Source of the DNA: a virus
Taxonomy: Duplodnaviria; Caudoviricetes
Length of the DNA stretch: 57,563 nucleotides
IMG/VR virus record: IMGVR_UViG_3300028598_000002
Span: 1-57,563 of that record
Reading direction: 5' to 3' (one strand)
The notes beneath the pieces were generated by a model. It was given only the letters and a program-made list of their open reading frames with translations. It was not told the DNA's origin and did no database searches. Positions 23,161-32,095 of the stretch are shown here, one piece after another. How positions within the stretch are numbered: the first letter of the stretch is position 1; the number at the start of each line of letters is the position of its first letter. The position numbers were made by a program, and so were the translations under genes.

Positions 23161-23468
23161 TACGCTGCCTCTTTATCGCAGGAAGGCCATGGCCTTGTAG
23201 GATTAACATCAGGATTGGGGTTAGTGCCTGCTTCATCTGATAATGGATAAGCGTAGGCGGTATCGTGGTACGCACAGGCTGCGATATCCGAATAATAAAT
23301 ACCAACAGCAACGCAGGTACCATCAGGTTCACCAGAATCAATTAATACTGATGACGGATAAAGTATGGTTGTCGGTCCCCAGAAAACAGTGATTAACTGT
23401 ATTTCTTTATCGCACCGCCGCCCCGCTATCGGGGTACAACCAGCAATTATTTTGGAACCAATACTCAT
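23160..23468 (-). CDS. Hypothetical Cys-containing virion protein
   Basis: 102 aa ORF coupled to both neighbours. Confidence 0.5.
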   Translation of the reverse strand: MSIGSKIIAGCTPIAGRRCDKEIQLITVFWGPTTILYPSSVLIDSGEPDGTCVAVGIYYSDIAACAYHDTAYAYPLSDEAGTNPNPDVNPTRPWPSCDKEAA

Positions 23469-23851
23469 AGCTGAAAGAAAGCACCGCCCGGTCCACCCGG
23501 GGTTAATGCGTAGTCGTTACCAACAGGTTGAAATGTAAAACCGATAACCTCATCCATAAAGGCAATCAAAGAGCCATCTGAAAATCGATACAAAATTGCG
23601 ACTGCAACGGTCAAGGGATCAGTCAGATTGGTATAAACAGAAGGTCCTGCAATAGCGAATCCGTCAGCTACTGATCGTGATGTCAACGTAGAGCCGGGAT
23701 CTATTTGGGGTCCTGCAAGCTCTGAAATATTGACATGCAGCGGATCATAGATCGTCGTTGCGTCATACAATGCCACACGAATATCATCAACAAGCCAATT
23801 AAGCTGCTTCGTTAATATTAACTCCTTGAAATTAAAGTACAGTGCATTCAA
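23465..23851 (-). CDS. Hypothetical tail protein
   Basis: 128 aa; 'NALY..FKE......NW..DDIRVAL' pattern seen in phage tail modules. Confidence 0.55.
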   Translation of the reverse strand: MNALYFNFKELILTKQLNWLVDDIRVALYDATTIYDPLHVNISELAGPQIDPGSTLTSRSVADGFAIAGPSVYTNLTDPLTVAVAILYRFSDGSLIAFMDEVIGFTFQPVGNDYALTPGGPGGAFFQL

Positions 23852-24516
23852 ATGAACGAGTCCCCAATACGCTGCTTAGCAAAATCTGGAAACGCCCAAG
23901 CCTGAGCGTCAGTAAATTTACCATCGGCAATTGCACGAGCACGTTTGATGTGGTTTCGAAATTTCCTAGCATGCATCGTACCCATCGAAGGATTACTCCA
24001 TGGCTTCGATATCATCATCATGCACTTACCACAAACACCATCAATAAGGGCTTCCCGCCAGTGCGTCCAGAAAACTTCAGGCAGGCGGATATTAGGGCCC
24101 AGAGGGATGATCGATACATCCGCTAAATAAGCATCATCCCAGTCTTGTGTTGGTATCGGATTAAGAGAAATACACCCCGGTGCCTCCATAATATACGCAG
24201 TGGGTTGGTCACCAGTTGGGCGCAAATATGGGATTGAGGCACCGGGCGTCAGTAGTTTATTAGTACTCGGGTTAGAACTAAAGGTTAATGCATAAACATA
24301 ACCAATCCGAGTATTACCCGGTAGCGGGTCAAGGAAGATTTTAGGGTTATCCGCTTTGCTACTTAAGGGACCTATAATCTCAACCCATGCACGGCCATCC
24401 TCACAGAATTCACGTAAGGTTGAAGCGAACATGACCAGTAAAAATTCTTCAGTTATCCCCGGCAGCATAGGCATCAGGTACTGGAACCAATCCTCTGGTT
24501 GGTACTGCTTACTCAT
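23848..24516 (-). CDS. Head-tail adaptor (tail tubular protein A-like)
   Basis: 222 aa; 'REFCE...W' and 'EALIDG......M..KPWSNP' motifs; position after the capsid gene. Confidence 0.6.
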   Translation of the reverse strand: MSKQYQPEDWFQYLMPMLPGITEEFLLVMFASTLREFCEDGRAWVEIIGPLSSKADNPKIFLDPLPGNTRIGYVYALTFSSNPSTNKLLTPGASIPYLRPTGDQPTAYIMEAPGCISLNPIPTQDWDDAYLADVSIIPLGPNIRLPEVFWTHWREALIDGVCGKCMMMISKPWSNPSMGTMHARKFRNHIKRARAIADGKFTDAQAWAFPDFAKQRIGDSFI

Positions 24517-24878
24517 CGGCTAAGGCTCCTCGACTCAGTATTGTCAGAACCAAAAGCCCGTAACAGTAAAGCAGCACGACCGTCTACGGTGTACTCGTCG
24601 TCTTTGAGTTCAGCATAACCAGCGACAAAATAGATTAAACCCTGATAGAACATCGGGTTGATAGGGATGTTTGCTGCGAGATCCCCGGGCGTGTCATCAT
24701 ATTCAGGCAGGTCAACGCCGTATTGACCAAGCCACGCATCAGGGCGAATACGTTTTAATTCATAAAGGGAATTATTGAGGAAGCTCAATAAATCCAACGT
24801 AGGATTGCGGTATGGCTCTACCTCATCCTGTAATATCCTACGGGCTCCTGCAATGATTTGTTCAACTGTTTTCGGCAC
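24513..24878 (-). CDS. Head-tail adaptor-like protein
   Basis: Probable GTG start at 24878 (VPKTVEQII..ARRILQD...RPD); 'L.YFVAGYA..KDDE' motif. Confidence 0.55.
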   Translation of the reverse strand: MPKTVEQIIAGARRILQDEVEPYRNPTLDLLSFLNNSLYELKRIRPDAWLGQYGVDLPEYDDTPGDLAANIPINPMFYQGLIYFVAGYAELKDDEYTVDGRAALLLRAFGSDNTESRSLSR

Positions 24879-25194
24879 CTGAATCAATTCCCTCAAGTAT
24901 AGCGTCTAATTCTTCTTCAGAATCAGCGACTACGGGTTTACTTGGGGGTTTGCGACTTGCAGCCTTCTTCTTTGGAGCAGCCTTCTGGGGAGCGGCCTTT
25001 TTCTTAGCGGACGCTGCCTTCTTTTTCGAAGGTGCCTTCTTGGTAGAAGGTTTTGGCTTATCTTCGGGCTTGGCTTCCTGCGGCTTAGACAGATCCAGCT
25101 CGACGACTTCCATTTTTGGGTTTGTTGCCAGTACTGCGTTATACCCAAAAATAGTGCCACATTCTCTTTTTCGCAACCATTTTTGTTTAGCCAT
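24862..25194 (-). CDS. Lys/Ala-rich histone-like small protein
   Basis: ATG at 25194; KKAPSKKKAASAKKKAAPQK repeats and an acidic tail. Confidence 0.55.
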   Translation of the reverse strand: MAKQKWLRKRECGTIFGYNAVLATNPKMEVVELDLSKPQEAKPEDKPKPSTKKAPSKKKAASAKKKAAPQKAAPKKKAASRKPPSKPVVADSEEELDAILEGIDSGAENS

Positions 25195-25205
25195 TTTTCT
25201 CTCGT

Positions 25206-25233
25206 AAAGAGCTGGGGCCACTATAGCCCCAGC
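25206..25233 (-). terminator. Putative intrinsic terminator after the capsid gene
   Basis: Stem GCTGGGGC/GCCCCAGC (25211-25218/25226-25233) followed by TCTTT on the minus strand. Confidence 0.5.
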
Positions 25234-25255
25234 GTCTTATTACATCAACTACCGA

Positions 25256-26260
25256 TTAGCCTTTGGCAGCGTACAACAGCGCGAGAGCAGTTCCGTCAGT
25301 TACTTTGTAACCGTAGACTTGCAGACCACGCATGATGGTACCAAAAGTGCGTTCTGCACGGATAGTTTCCATCTTTGTCAGCTGTGAGGCGAATGTCAGA
25401 CCGTGGCTGTGACCGGCGAAAATGCTTGTAGCATTATCAGCTGGACCGGAGAACGGCAACAGGTTTGACGCATAAAGGGTGAAACGGTCAATCATACCGA
25501 GGCGACCATTACGCAGCATAGTCATGCCATCGCCAGTCAGGGATGCATCACGCAGCTCGGAAGCTTTGATCATTGCAGCAGCCCATGCCGGGAGAATCAA
25601 CCAGCGTCCCTGCTCAGGGATATTGGCTTCATCAAGGATCTGACCCAGACGCAGGATCGCGTCAACGATATCGACGTTAGTACCCGGGGTAGCACCTTTC
25701 GGTACCAGCAACAGAGGCGTACCAGCAACACCAACATCGATGTCACCAGAAATGCGGCCAGCTGTCAGCCCTTGGTTACCCGAGTTACCGACAGGTGCCG
25801 GTGCTGGGTAGTTAGTGATGATATCAGCAGCGATATTGCCGAGAACATCAGTGTCGATAGCGATCTTCATTTGCTCGGAAGCATCATCAGACCACATGCC
25901 AAGCAGGTTCAAATCCGCTTGGGTCTCCATGACATCATCAACGATAGCCGCGAAATACTTACCTTTATCGATAAGCAGATCGACGAGGTTTGAAGAAGGA
26001 CGTTCAACATCAATGTCCTGATCAGCCTCGTAGTTGTTGATGGTCAGCGTTGGCTTGGTACGAATATTGACGGTGTCGCCTTGATTCGCAATTTCGCCAG
26101 CGTAATCAGTGTTAGCAATAGCAGCCAACACGGTTGCATCGTAGAACTTCTCGATGAGTTTTCCGGACCATAGGGCCGGGATGAAAATACCCGTATACGC
26201 GGGTGCGGCAACTGGGCCTGCTCCACCGGGATACGGGGTTGCGCTTACTGGATAAGCCAT
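25256..26260 (-). CDS. Major capsid protein
   Basis: 334 aa; 'FIPALWSGKL', 'N.DY.GEI..QGDTV.I', 'LD.ANIPE.GRW', 'RGLQVYGYKV' motifs of HK97-fold podovirus coat proteins; follows the scaffold gene. Confidence 0.9.
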   Translation of the reverse strand: MAYPVSATPYPGGAGPVAAPAYTGIFIPALWSGKLIEKFYDATVLAAIANTDYAGEIANQGDTVNIRTKPTLTINNYEADQDIDVERPSSNLVDLLIDKGKYFAAIVDDVMETQADLNLLGMWSDDASEQMKIAIDTDVLGNIAADIITNYPAPAPVGNSGNQGLTAGRISGDIDVGVAGTPLLLVPKGATPGTNVDIVDAILRLGQILDEANIPEQGRWLILPAWAAAMIKASELRDASLTGDGMTMLRNGRLGMIDRFTLYASNLLPFSGPADNATSIFAGHSHGLTFASQLTKMETIRAERTFGTIMRGLQVYGYKVTDGTALALLYAAKG

Positions 26261-26283
26261 GACATATATCTCCTAAAAAACAG

Positions 26284-27381
26284 TTATTGCCCGATCAGGA
26301 TTCTCCCCTGAGTCAGAGCAGCTTGTATTTCCGCTTCAGTCGCCTTGTATTCATCCTGACGACCTTTATACATGCCCTTTCGGGCATCCTCGTAGAATTT
26401 GCCGATTTCCGACTCCTTCCACTGACGGCCTGTTTCTTGAATATTGTCAGCCCCACCACTCGCGCCTAAGCCCGGTGATGCTAGCGTTTCCAGAGTAACC
26501 GCGGGTTGGCGTGCTGGTTCAGCCACCTCAGTTTCTTCAGTGTTCGCTGCGGGTTGCAGTGCTGCATTTTCTTTCAAAAAGCCCTTAAAGAACAGAATAA
26601 CCCTTTCGGTATCATTTTGCTCAAATGCTCTCGTGAGCAACAGTTTGCGGGGAACTCCCGCATACACATCTTCCTCGCCAAGCCAGTTTAAAAAGTCAGG
26701 ACTTGTGTTAACCTGCTTCCAGTTAGGCACGGCACCGGCTAATGCGGTGTACAACTTGCCTCGGACATCAGCTTCTTGCTGCTGCCCTACGCTTCCGACA
26801 ACCTCTTTCAAGGTCTCGTTTTCTCTCCGAAGCTCTGCCAGTTGCCCAGCTACGGCTTCAGTTGCGGCCCGCTTGATTACATCAATCATGTCGGGTCCAT
26901 AATCTGCGATTTCTTCCGAAGTCAGCAGGTTCTCTACTGCTGCATCCATATCACCACTGGGTGATTCGACTTCTCCGGTTTGCGAGCCTTTCATGCCCTG
27001 CAAATTCGCCAACATTCCTTCGAGTGCTTCCACTCGTCCTGTCAGCTCAGCATTAGCACGCTTCTCGGAATTATACATTCCTTGGAGTGTTTTATACTTA
27101 TGCTCAAATTCAGCAGCTTGAACCGCTGGGTCTACACCCAGTTCAGTCGGCTCAGGCTGCTCGTGCTCTTCGGTCGTGACGATCTCATCGGCTTTGGGCG
27201 TTTCAGCCTCAAAGTCTAGGCTCTTGTCTACAGGTTCCTGTACTTCTTCGGTTTCACCTTCAGCTTTGTTTTCCACGACTTCAAGTTGTGGATTTTCCGC
27301 TTGTTTCCGCTCAGCTTCAATTTCAGCCGCAATTCTGTCGGCTTCTTCTATCTGATCTTGGACCTGCTTTGGCAATGCCAT
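26284..27381 (-). CDS. Capsid scaffolding protein
   Basis: 365 aa, acidic coiled-coil; 'KYKTLQG.Y', 'VPNW......F..WL', C-terminal 'A...GRI'; directly upstream of the capsid gene. Confidence 0.75.
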   Translation of the reverse strand: MALPKQVQDQIEEADRIAAEIEAERKQAENPQLEVVENKAEGETEEVQEPVDKSLDFEAETPKADEIVTTEEHEQPEPTELGVDPAVQAAEFEHKYKTLQGMYNSEKRANAELTGRVEALEGMLANLQGMKGSQTGEVESPSGDMDAAVENLLTSEEIADYGPDMIDVIKRAATEAVAGQLAELRRENETLKEVVGSVGQQQEADVRGKLYTALAGAVPNWKQVNTSPDFLNWLGEEDVYAGVPRKLLLTRAFEQNDTERVILFFKGFLKENAALQPAANTEETEVAEPARQPAVTLETLASPGLGASGGADNIQETGRQWKESEIGKFYEDARKGMYKGRQDEYKATEAEIQAALTQGRILIGQ

Positions 27382-27387
27382 ATTTTA

Positions 27388-27612
27388 CTACCCACGCGGT
27401 TTTGCTATTGAATCGGCTTTACCTATCCCACGCATAATCTCGGTAACGCCTCTGGCAATCCCTCGGTTTACATCGGCTATATCACCCGGGCCGTATAAAC
27501 TGAATTCAATCGCCTCGTGTCGGTAGGCATTGATGGCTTCCATAAGCAGCTTGAAATCTGCACTATGGGAGATACGCATCACCGCCTCCGCTTGCTCAAC
27601 CGTTAGTTTCAA
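27388..27612 (-). CDS. Small head-assembly-region protein
   Basis: 74 aa helical ORF (TTG start) immediately upstream of the scaffold gene. Confidence 0.5.
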   Translation of the reverse strand: MKLTVEQAEAVMRISHSADFKLLMEAINAYRHEAIEFSLYGPGDIADVNRGIARGVTEIMRGIGKADSIAKPRG

Positions 27613-27615
27613 CGG

Positions 27616-27864
27616 CTATGGTCTCCGACTACGATATCTCGAAATCGGGTAACTCAAACTCATACAGTCAGAACAACGTGCAAAGGACGATGTCCCCGGC
27701 TTGCTGTACTGGTTCATGCGAGTACGTTCCGCATCACCGATGAGGTTTTGATTTTCGTAAAAGCCCGTGTCTCTCTGGTTCGAGAGTTTCATGCCGTTGA
27801 TTTTACGGGCACCGGGGGCTTTTCCCATTTGGCCTTGCTTGACGAAACTGGAGTTTCCGTACAT
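27616..27864 (-). CDS. Small basic hypothetical protein
   Basis: 82 aa, tightly packed in the late operon. Confidence 0.5.
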   Translation of the reverse strand: MYGNSSFVKQGQMGKAPGARKINGMKLSNQRDTGFYENQNLIGDAERTRMNQYSKPGTSSFARCSDCMSLSYPISRYRSRRP

Positions 27865-27868
27865 GGCT

Positions 27869-28105
27869 CTAACTCGGTAGGCCGTTCAGGTTAGAGAACA
27901 TACCGCCATACCCGGGGTTTTTCTCATAGTCTTCCGCAGCAGGCGATTTACCATTGCCTTTTTGCAGATGACATTTAACCGTTCCAGTGTCATCTTTCTT
28001 GGTTGGCATGCCACCGGGATACTTAGTGCCATTACCAGAGGGCCAGCCACCGATTGAGTTCAGCTTGCCCTGACCGGATTTTGAAGGATACATTTCGTAT
28101 GCCAT
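27869..28105 (-). CDS. Small Gly/Lys/Pro-rich hypothetical protein
   Basis: ATG at 28105 with AAGGAG SD (MAYEMYPSKSGQG...). Confidence 0.55.
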   Translation of the reverse strand: MAYEMYPSKSGQGKLNSIGGWPSGNGTKYPGGMPTKKDDTGTVKCHLQKGNGKSPAAEDYEKNPGYGGMFSNLNGLPS

Positions 28106-28116
28106 GAGGAGACTCC

Positions 28117-28350
28117 TTATCGGACAGCAACAGACGACCGGCGTGGACCGGGGCCGGGAGCAGAGCCGTAAGCTTCGCAACCATTAACGATATAATTACC
28201 GTTGGGGTTTGCGCCCTTGAGGGGGTTAAATGGACCCATGCCCAGATCGCCCGGGCCAGAGACCGAGACAGCACGGGTAGTTTCGCCCTTTGATACACAC
28301 AAGGGTTTACCAGTAAGTTTTTGAAGTTCTGAATTAATGTAGCCAGCCAT
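28117..28350 (-). CDS. Small Gly/Pro-rich hypothetical protein
   Basis: 77 aa, GGAG SD, downstream of a predicted promoter. Confidence 0.55.
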   Translation of the reverse strand: MAGYINSELQKLTGKPLCVSKGETTRAVSVSGPGDLGMGPFNPLKGANPNGNYIVNGCEAYGSAPGPGPRRSSVAVR

Positions 28351-28393
28351 GATCTCTCTCCGAGTTAATATTAACTGCTTGACAGTAAGTGTA

Positions 28394-28423
28394 ACTTTAC
28401 TGCTGTTGAGGTGTTGATGTCAA
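28394..28423 (-). promoter_or_regulatory. Putative sigma70 promoter for scaffold/capsid genes
   Basis: TTGACA (28423-28418), 18-nt spacer, TAAAGT (28399-28394), intergenic. Confidence 0.5.
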
Positions 28424-28425
28424 TG

Positions 28426-28908
28426 TTACCCGCCACCACCAGCAGTACCCCAATTGATACAAATCGGAATCTGATTGCCAACTTCAGATTCCAAGTAATT
28501 CTCAAGACCAACATCGAGTACATCGGGCGTATAATCACCGTTACCGGGATTCCATCCCCACTCAACTTCGGGGTATGTACCGAAAGTTATTAACAGACTC
28601 CTACCTGCACCGGAAGGAATCTCTGAATTGCCATTCATGTCCATAACACCCGCACCATTGTTGAGACCAAAAATGACTATCTCGAATATGGTCGCACCGT
28701 TAATCGTTGGTGGAACCATCGCCCCGTATGATCCACTTTGATAACCTACATTGTTACCAGACTGCCCAACCGTCATGACACCGTTATAGGGATCACACCC
28801 AACTGGTGGTTGAACACCACCATTATAATCAATCGGCTGACCATCCCACCCAGAGGAATCAACACCACCGAATTCCCTTCTACCTCGCTGGGATCTGTTC
28901 GTACCCAA
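28426..28908 (-). CDS. Putative virion decoration protein B (shared 29-aa N-terminus)
   Basis: TTG start immediately after the TAA of 28909..29433, same frame; begins MGTNRSQRGRREFGGVDSSGWDGQPIDYN. Confidence 0.6.
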   Translation of the reverse strand: MGTNRSQRGRREFGGVDSSGWDGQPIDYNGGVQPPVGCDPYNGVMTVGQSGNNVGYQSGSYGAMVPPTINGATIFEIVIFGLNNGAGVMDMNGNSEIPSGAGRSLLITFGTYPEVEWGWNPGNGDYTPDVLDVGLENYLESEVGNQIPICINWGTAGGGG

Positions 28909-29433
28909 TTAAAATCCTTCCATCTTAATGTAGACAAAATCCACATCAGAACCAGCAGCGTTGGCAACTGTCATTTGAATACGTTTCCATCGACCACCAC
29001 CGCCGGGATTTTCTTCTATGACGCTATCACTGACACTGTTATACGGTGCTGCGCCGATATACGGACCGGCGTCAGTTGGTTGGCTAACTGGACCATTTTC
29101 AGATCCTTGCCAATCCCAATCAATACCTTCATCACCGGGATCTTGTGTATAGGCAGTCCATGAGGGGCCGGGGAAAACTGGTCGCGTTGGGCCATCATCG
29201 CTGCTGAAATGAGTAACCGTAAATTCACAGAGTGCGGGGTTAATTAGTCCACCACTCAAATTAACGCCAGCATCAAAACCACTACTTACGTTTTGCTCGA
29301 TATCATTGACTGAATCAATGACCGGGGGAAGTAAGGCGGGGCCGGGATTGTAATCAATAGGCTGACCATCCCATCCGGATGAATCAACACCATCGAACTC
29401 TCGTCTCCCTCGCTGGGATCTGTTTGTGCCCAT
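28909..29433 (-). CDS. Putative virion decoration protein A (shared 29-aa N-terminus)
   Basis: Begins MGTNRSQRGRREFDGVDSSGWDGQPIDYN; C-terminal 'MTVANAAGSD' resembles the end of an Ig/PKD-like domain. Confidence 0.6.
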   Translation of the reverse strand: MGTNRSQRGRREFDGVDSSGWDGQPIDYNPGPALLPPVIDSVNDIEQNVSSGFDAGVNLSGGLINPALCEFTVTHFSSDDGPTRPVFPGPSWTAYTQDPGDEGIDWDWQGSENGPVSQPTDAGPYIGAAPYNSVSDSVIEENPGGGGRWKRIQMTVANAAGSDVDFVYIKMEGF

Positions 29434-29435
29434 GA

Positions 29436-29702
29436 TTAACCGCCCGCTTCTTTAATCTGCTTGTCTCTCCAGCGCTTCCGGTTCTTACCGTAGGTTTCCG
29501 TGGCTTCCTGCCGGGAATCTTTCTTACCGGAATCGTTCAAGAATTTATCCGTGATATTTTTATTCACGAACTTCGCAACCTCGTTGACGGGTTTCAGCAC
29601 TTTGAGAATAACGTCTGTGCTGGTGGTTTTCTTTTTCTTGGCCTCACCACCGCTAGCCATTTTCATGCGCGAGGATGATTTCTTTTTCATATATGGATTC
29701 AT
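29436..29702 (-). CDS. Small basic protein with MASGG motif
   Basis: 88 aa, Lys-rich, coupled to the portal stop. Confidence 0.55.
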   Translation of the reverse strand: MNPYMKKKSSSRMKMASGGEAKKKKTTSTDVILKVLKPVNEVAKFVNKNITDKFLNDSGKKDSRQEATETYGKNRKRWRDKQIKEAGG

Positions 29703-31855
29703 ACCGCTTGCCCTCCCGGGCCTCGTTGGTCTGCTCTCATACCCTCTTCAGGGCCGCTCTCGCCACCCCCGGGCTTCTCTTGCTGCATAGCTTGCTGCTG
29801 CTGAGCCGCTTGCATTTGTTGTGCTTTACCGGCCATTGTATCTTCATCAGGCACGATGCTCAGAGAGTCGAGCCCTATCCGGTCTCCAATCTCACGGAGT
29901 AATTCTGCCCTGCCTTCAAGGCCAATAATCTCAGTATCAATTGGGTTACCAGTAAGCTGCATAAATTCGAGTAACCGGGCACGCTCGCTTTCTTTCTGAT
30001 TAGCGAAGACGACTCCACGGACTTTGATATTTTCATCGCCATCAAGCCTGCCCTGCTCATCAGTCAGTAGTACGGTATCGTACAATCTCTGTAAGAGGGG
30101 TGTAAAAATGTCTTGGTCGATATTAGCGGCAACACCTTGCAGCATCTTACCGGCATTTTGCATCAGCATGCTTAATCCGGAAGCCGTTCGCCCTGCCCCG
30201 CCTTGGCCGCTAGCTGAACCAGACATATACCGCGGTATCGCAGAAATCTCGTCAGCCATGACGTTCATTTGCTGGTAAACATTCATCAGCTCTCCGGATC
30301 TGGAGTCAGGCTGGAAGAAAGTCACCGCAGGTTCTGCTGAGCCCATAGGATCAGTTAAAGTATGCCAGCGTTTCCACGGGTATAGGTCATCGGTATTCGT
30401 ATTGGGCGAAACTCGGTCATCGTTGATAACGACTTGCGGCCCCGAAGCGATAGACAGGTTATTCACCAACGCTCGGAGCGAAGCATTGGCAACATCCTGC
30501 ACATCCGACATGATTTCAGGAACACCATAGCCAACTATCGCCCCGGGGATCTTTTCGAAGGAGGATTTGTAATAAGGGTGTCGTTTACGAGGATTCGGGT
30601 CAATCTGGAGCTTAATCATGTGGTATCCCACTAGCCAAGCATTACAGAAGTAATCTTTGTCAGCATCGGGGACTTCTTCCTTGCTGAACCCATATTCGAG
30701 CAACATTCTGCCCTGAACATAGCCATGGAACTCTAGGGTGTCGATCTGCTCGGATCGGTTAATATGCGGGTCCATACGGAGTTCGAGGTGCGCTTTTTCG
30801 GTATCTGTATAGTCAAGCCAGTCGGAAAGACCACCTTGACCATATTCGTCGAGCGCTGCCCTGATGGCATCGTCATCATATCCCGGTAAGCCGAGCAAAT
30901 TGTTGAGGTCAGTCCTCTGTAAACGTAGGTGTTCAATGACATTACAATTCTCGAAGTAGTCAGTCTGCGAAGACCAGTAAATGTCGAATGGTGATGGCGT
31001 AGTCCAGTACATCTTGGGAAGATTCTTTACAACGGCTTCGCCATTTTCCCATTTCACGTCAGTTGCCATTTTGACAACCGGCCCTTTCATGAACGCATAG
31101 GGGAACACGCTCAAGTTGTGGAGGAACTCATTGAGTGCTTGATAAAACATCCCTTCAGTCAGGATGTCATCTAAATAACGGGTTGATTCTGCCGCGGATT
31201 TTTTGGCTTGTTTTAAGGCGGATTTTTTAGCGCTTGCTGTTAACTGCTTGATACGATCTGTAACGGTGTTGTGGTCAACCTGCTCACCCGCGGATTGCAT
31301 CTTCTGCACTTCCATGGTAACCAGCTCAAGAACCGATTTAGTTACATCTTCCGGTAAAGTTGGGTCAGGGGTAGGTTCGATAAACCACGGGCGCTCACCT
31401 GCAAGATAGATGTCCCGTAGCATAGCAGTTGCTCCGCGGCACTTGACAGTGGTGAGTCTGGCGAAAACTTGGGACCCGCCGAATTGATTAATCGAAGTAA
31501 GTTTCTGTGGCGTATATTCTCCTCGGTAAGCCCTAAGGGATTCGACCAGTCGATCCGATATCCCACGAGTCTCTCGATCCGATCTATATTCGAAAAATTG
31601 TGATCGAATATATCCCGCAACGCCTTGCCTTTTGGACAGTTCGGTTTGTTGGGCTTCTTCACGGATCATTTCCTCTTCTTGACGTTCAGCATTTTGCATT
31701 TCGCCGTTGCTGATGACACGAAGCATGCCTTGGCTACCTTCCCGCTGGGTTGGGGAGGGAATACCGACTTTATTTTCCGCAGAGGGTAGGGCGTTCGAAC
31801 CGGGCCCTAAAGACAGGTTTCTTACGCCCGCATGAGTGGTTTCGCCATACGCCAT
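29699..31855 (-). CDS. Portal protein
   Basis: 718 aa between terminase and scaffold; 'SPFDIYW', 'G.GVPE...DVQ...NA..RA..NN.SIASGPQ', 'RTASGLSML' portal motifs. Confidence 0.85.
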   Translation of the reverse strand: MAYGETTHAGVRNLSLGPGSNALPSAENKVGIPSPTQREGSQGMLRVISNGEMQNAERQEEEMIREEAQQTELSKRQGVAGYIRSQFFEYRSDRETRGISDRLVESLRAYRGEYTPQKLTSINQFGGSQVFARLTTVKCRGATAMLRDIYLAGERPWFIEPTPDPTLPEDVTKSVLELVTMEVQKMQSAGEQVDHNTVTDRIKQLTASAKKSALKQAKKSAAESTRYLDDILTEGMFYQALNEFLHNLSVFPYAFMKGPVVKMATDVKWENGEAVVKNLPKMYWTTPSPFDIYWSSQTDYFENCNVIEHLRLQRTDLNNLLGLPGYDDDAIRAALDEYGQGGLSDWLDYTDTEKAHLELRMDPHINRSEQIDTLEFHGYVQGRMLLEYGFSKEEVPDADKDYFCNAWLVGYHMIKLQIDPNPRKRHPYYKSSFEKIPGAIVGYGVPEIMSDVQDVANASLRALVNNLSIASGPQVVINDDRVSPNTNTDDLYPWKRWHTLTDPMGSAEPAVTFFQPDSRSGELMNVYQQMNVMADEISAIPRYMSGSASGQGGAGRTASGLSMLMQNAGKMLQGVAANIDQDIFTPLLQRLYDTVLLTDEQGRLDGDENIKVRGVVFANQKESERARLLEFMQLTGNPIDTEIIGLEGRAELLREIGDRIGLDSLSIVPDEDTMAGKAQQMQAAQQQQAMQQEKPGGGESGPEEGMRADQRGPGGQAV

Positions 31856-31861
31856 TGACGA

Positions 31862-31890
31862 ACTGTAGGTTTATACTAAGTCCTTGTCAA
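31862..31890 (-). promoter_or_regulatory. Putative sigma70 promoter of the portal gene
   Basis: TTGACA (31890-31885), 17-nt spacer, TACAGT (31867-31862). Confidence 0.6.
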
Positions 31891-31912
31891 CAACTTCAGC
31901 ATTACTGCACTC

Positions 31913-32071
31913 TTAGGCGGCTTTTTTCCCTTTAGCTTCATCCTCGATTGCTTCCAGTCTGGCAATGGTCCGATCTAAAACAATATTCAAATGTTCTTCT
32001 CGATCAAGCGCAATCAGAAAGCTGCTCAGGCGGGTAAGAGTTTCCAGTTTGGTTTCTTTTTTCTTGCTCAT
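31913..32071 (-). CDS. 52-aa hypothetical protein
   Basis: MSKKKETKLETLTRLSSFLIALDREEHLNIVLDRTIARLEAIEDEAKGKKAA*, with GAGGA SD. Confidence 0.5.
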   Translation of the reverse strand: MSKKKETKLETLTRLSSFLIALDREEHLNIVLDRTIARLEAIEDEAKGKKAA

Positions 32072-32095
32072 TGAAATATCCTCATTTTAAGGTTT

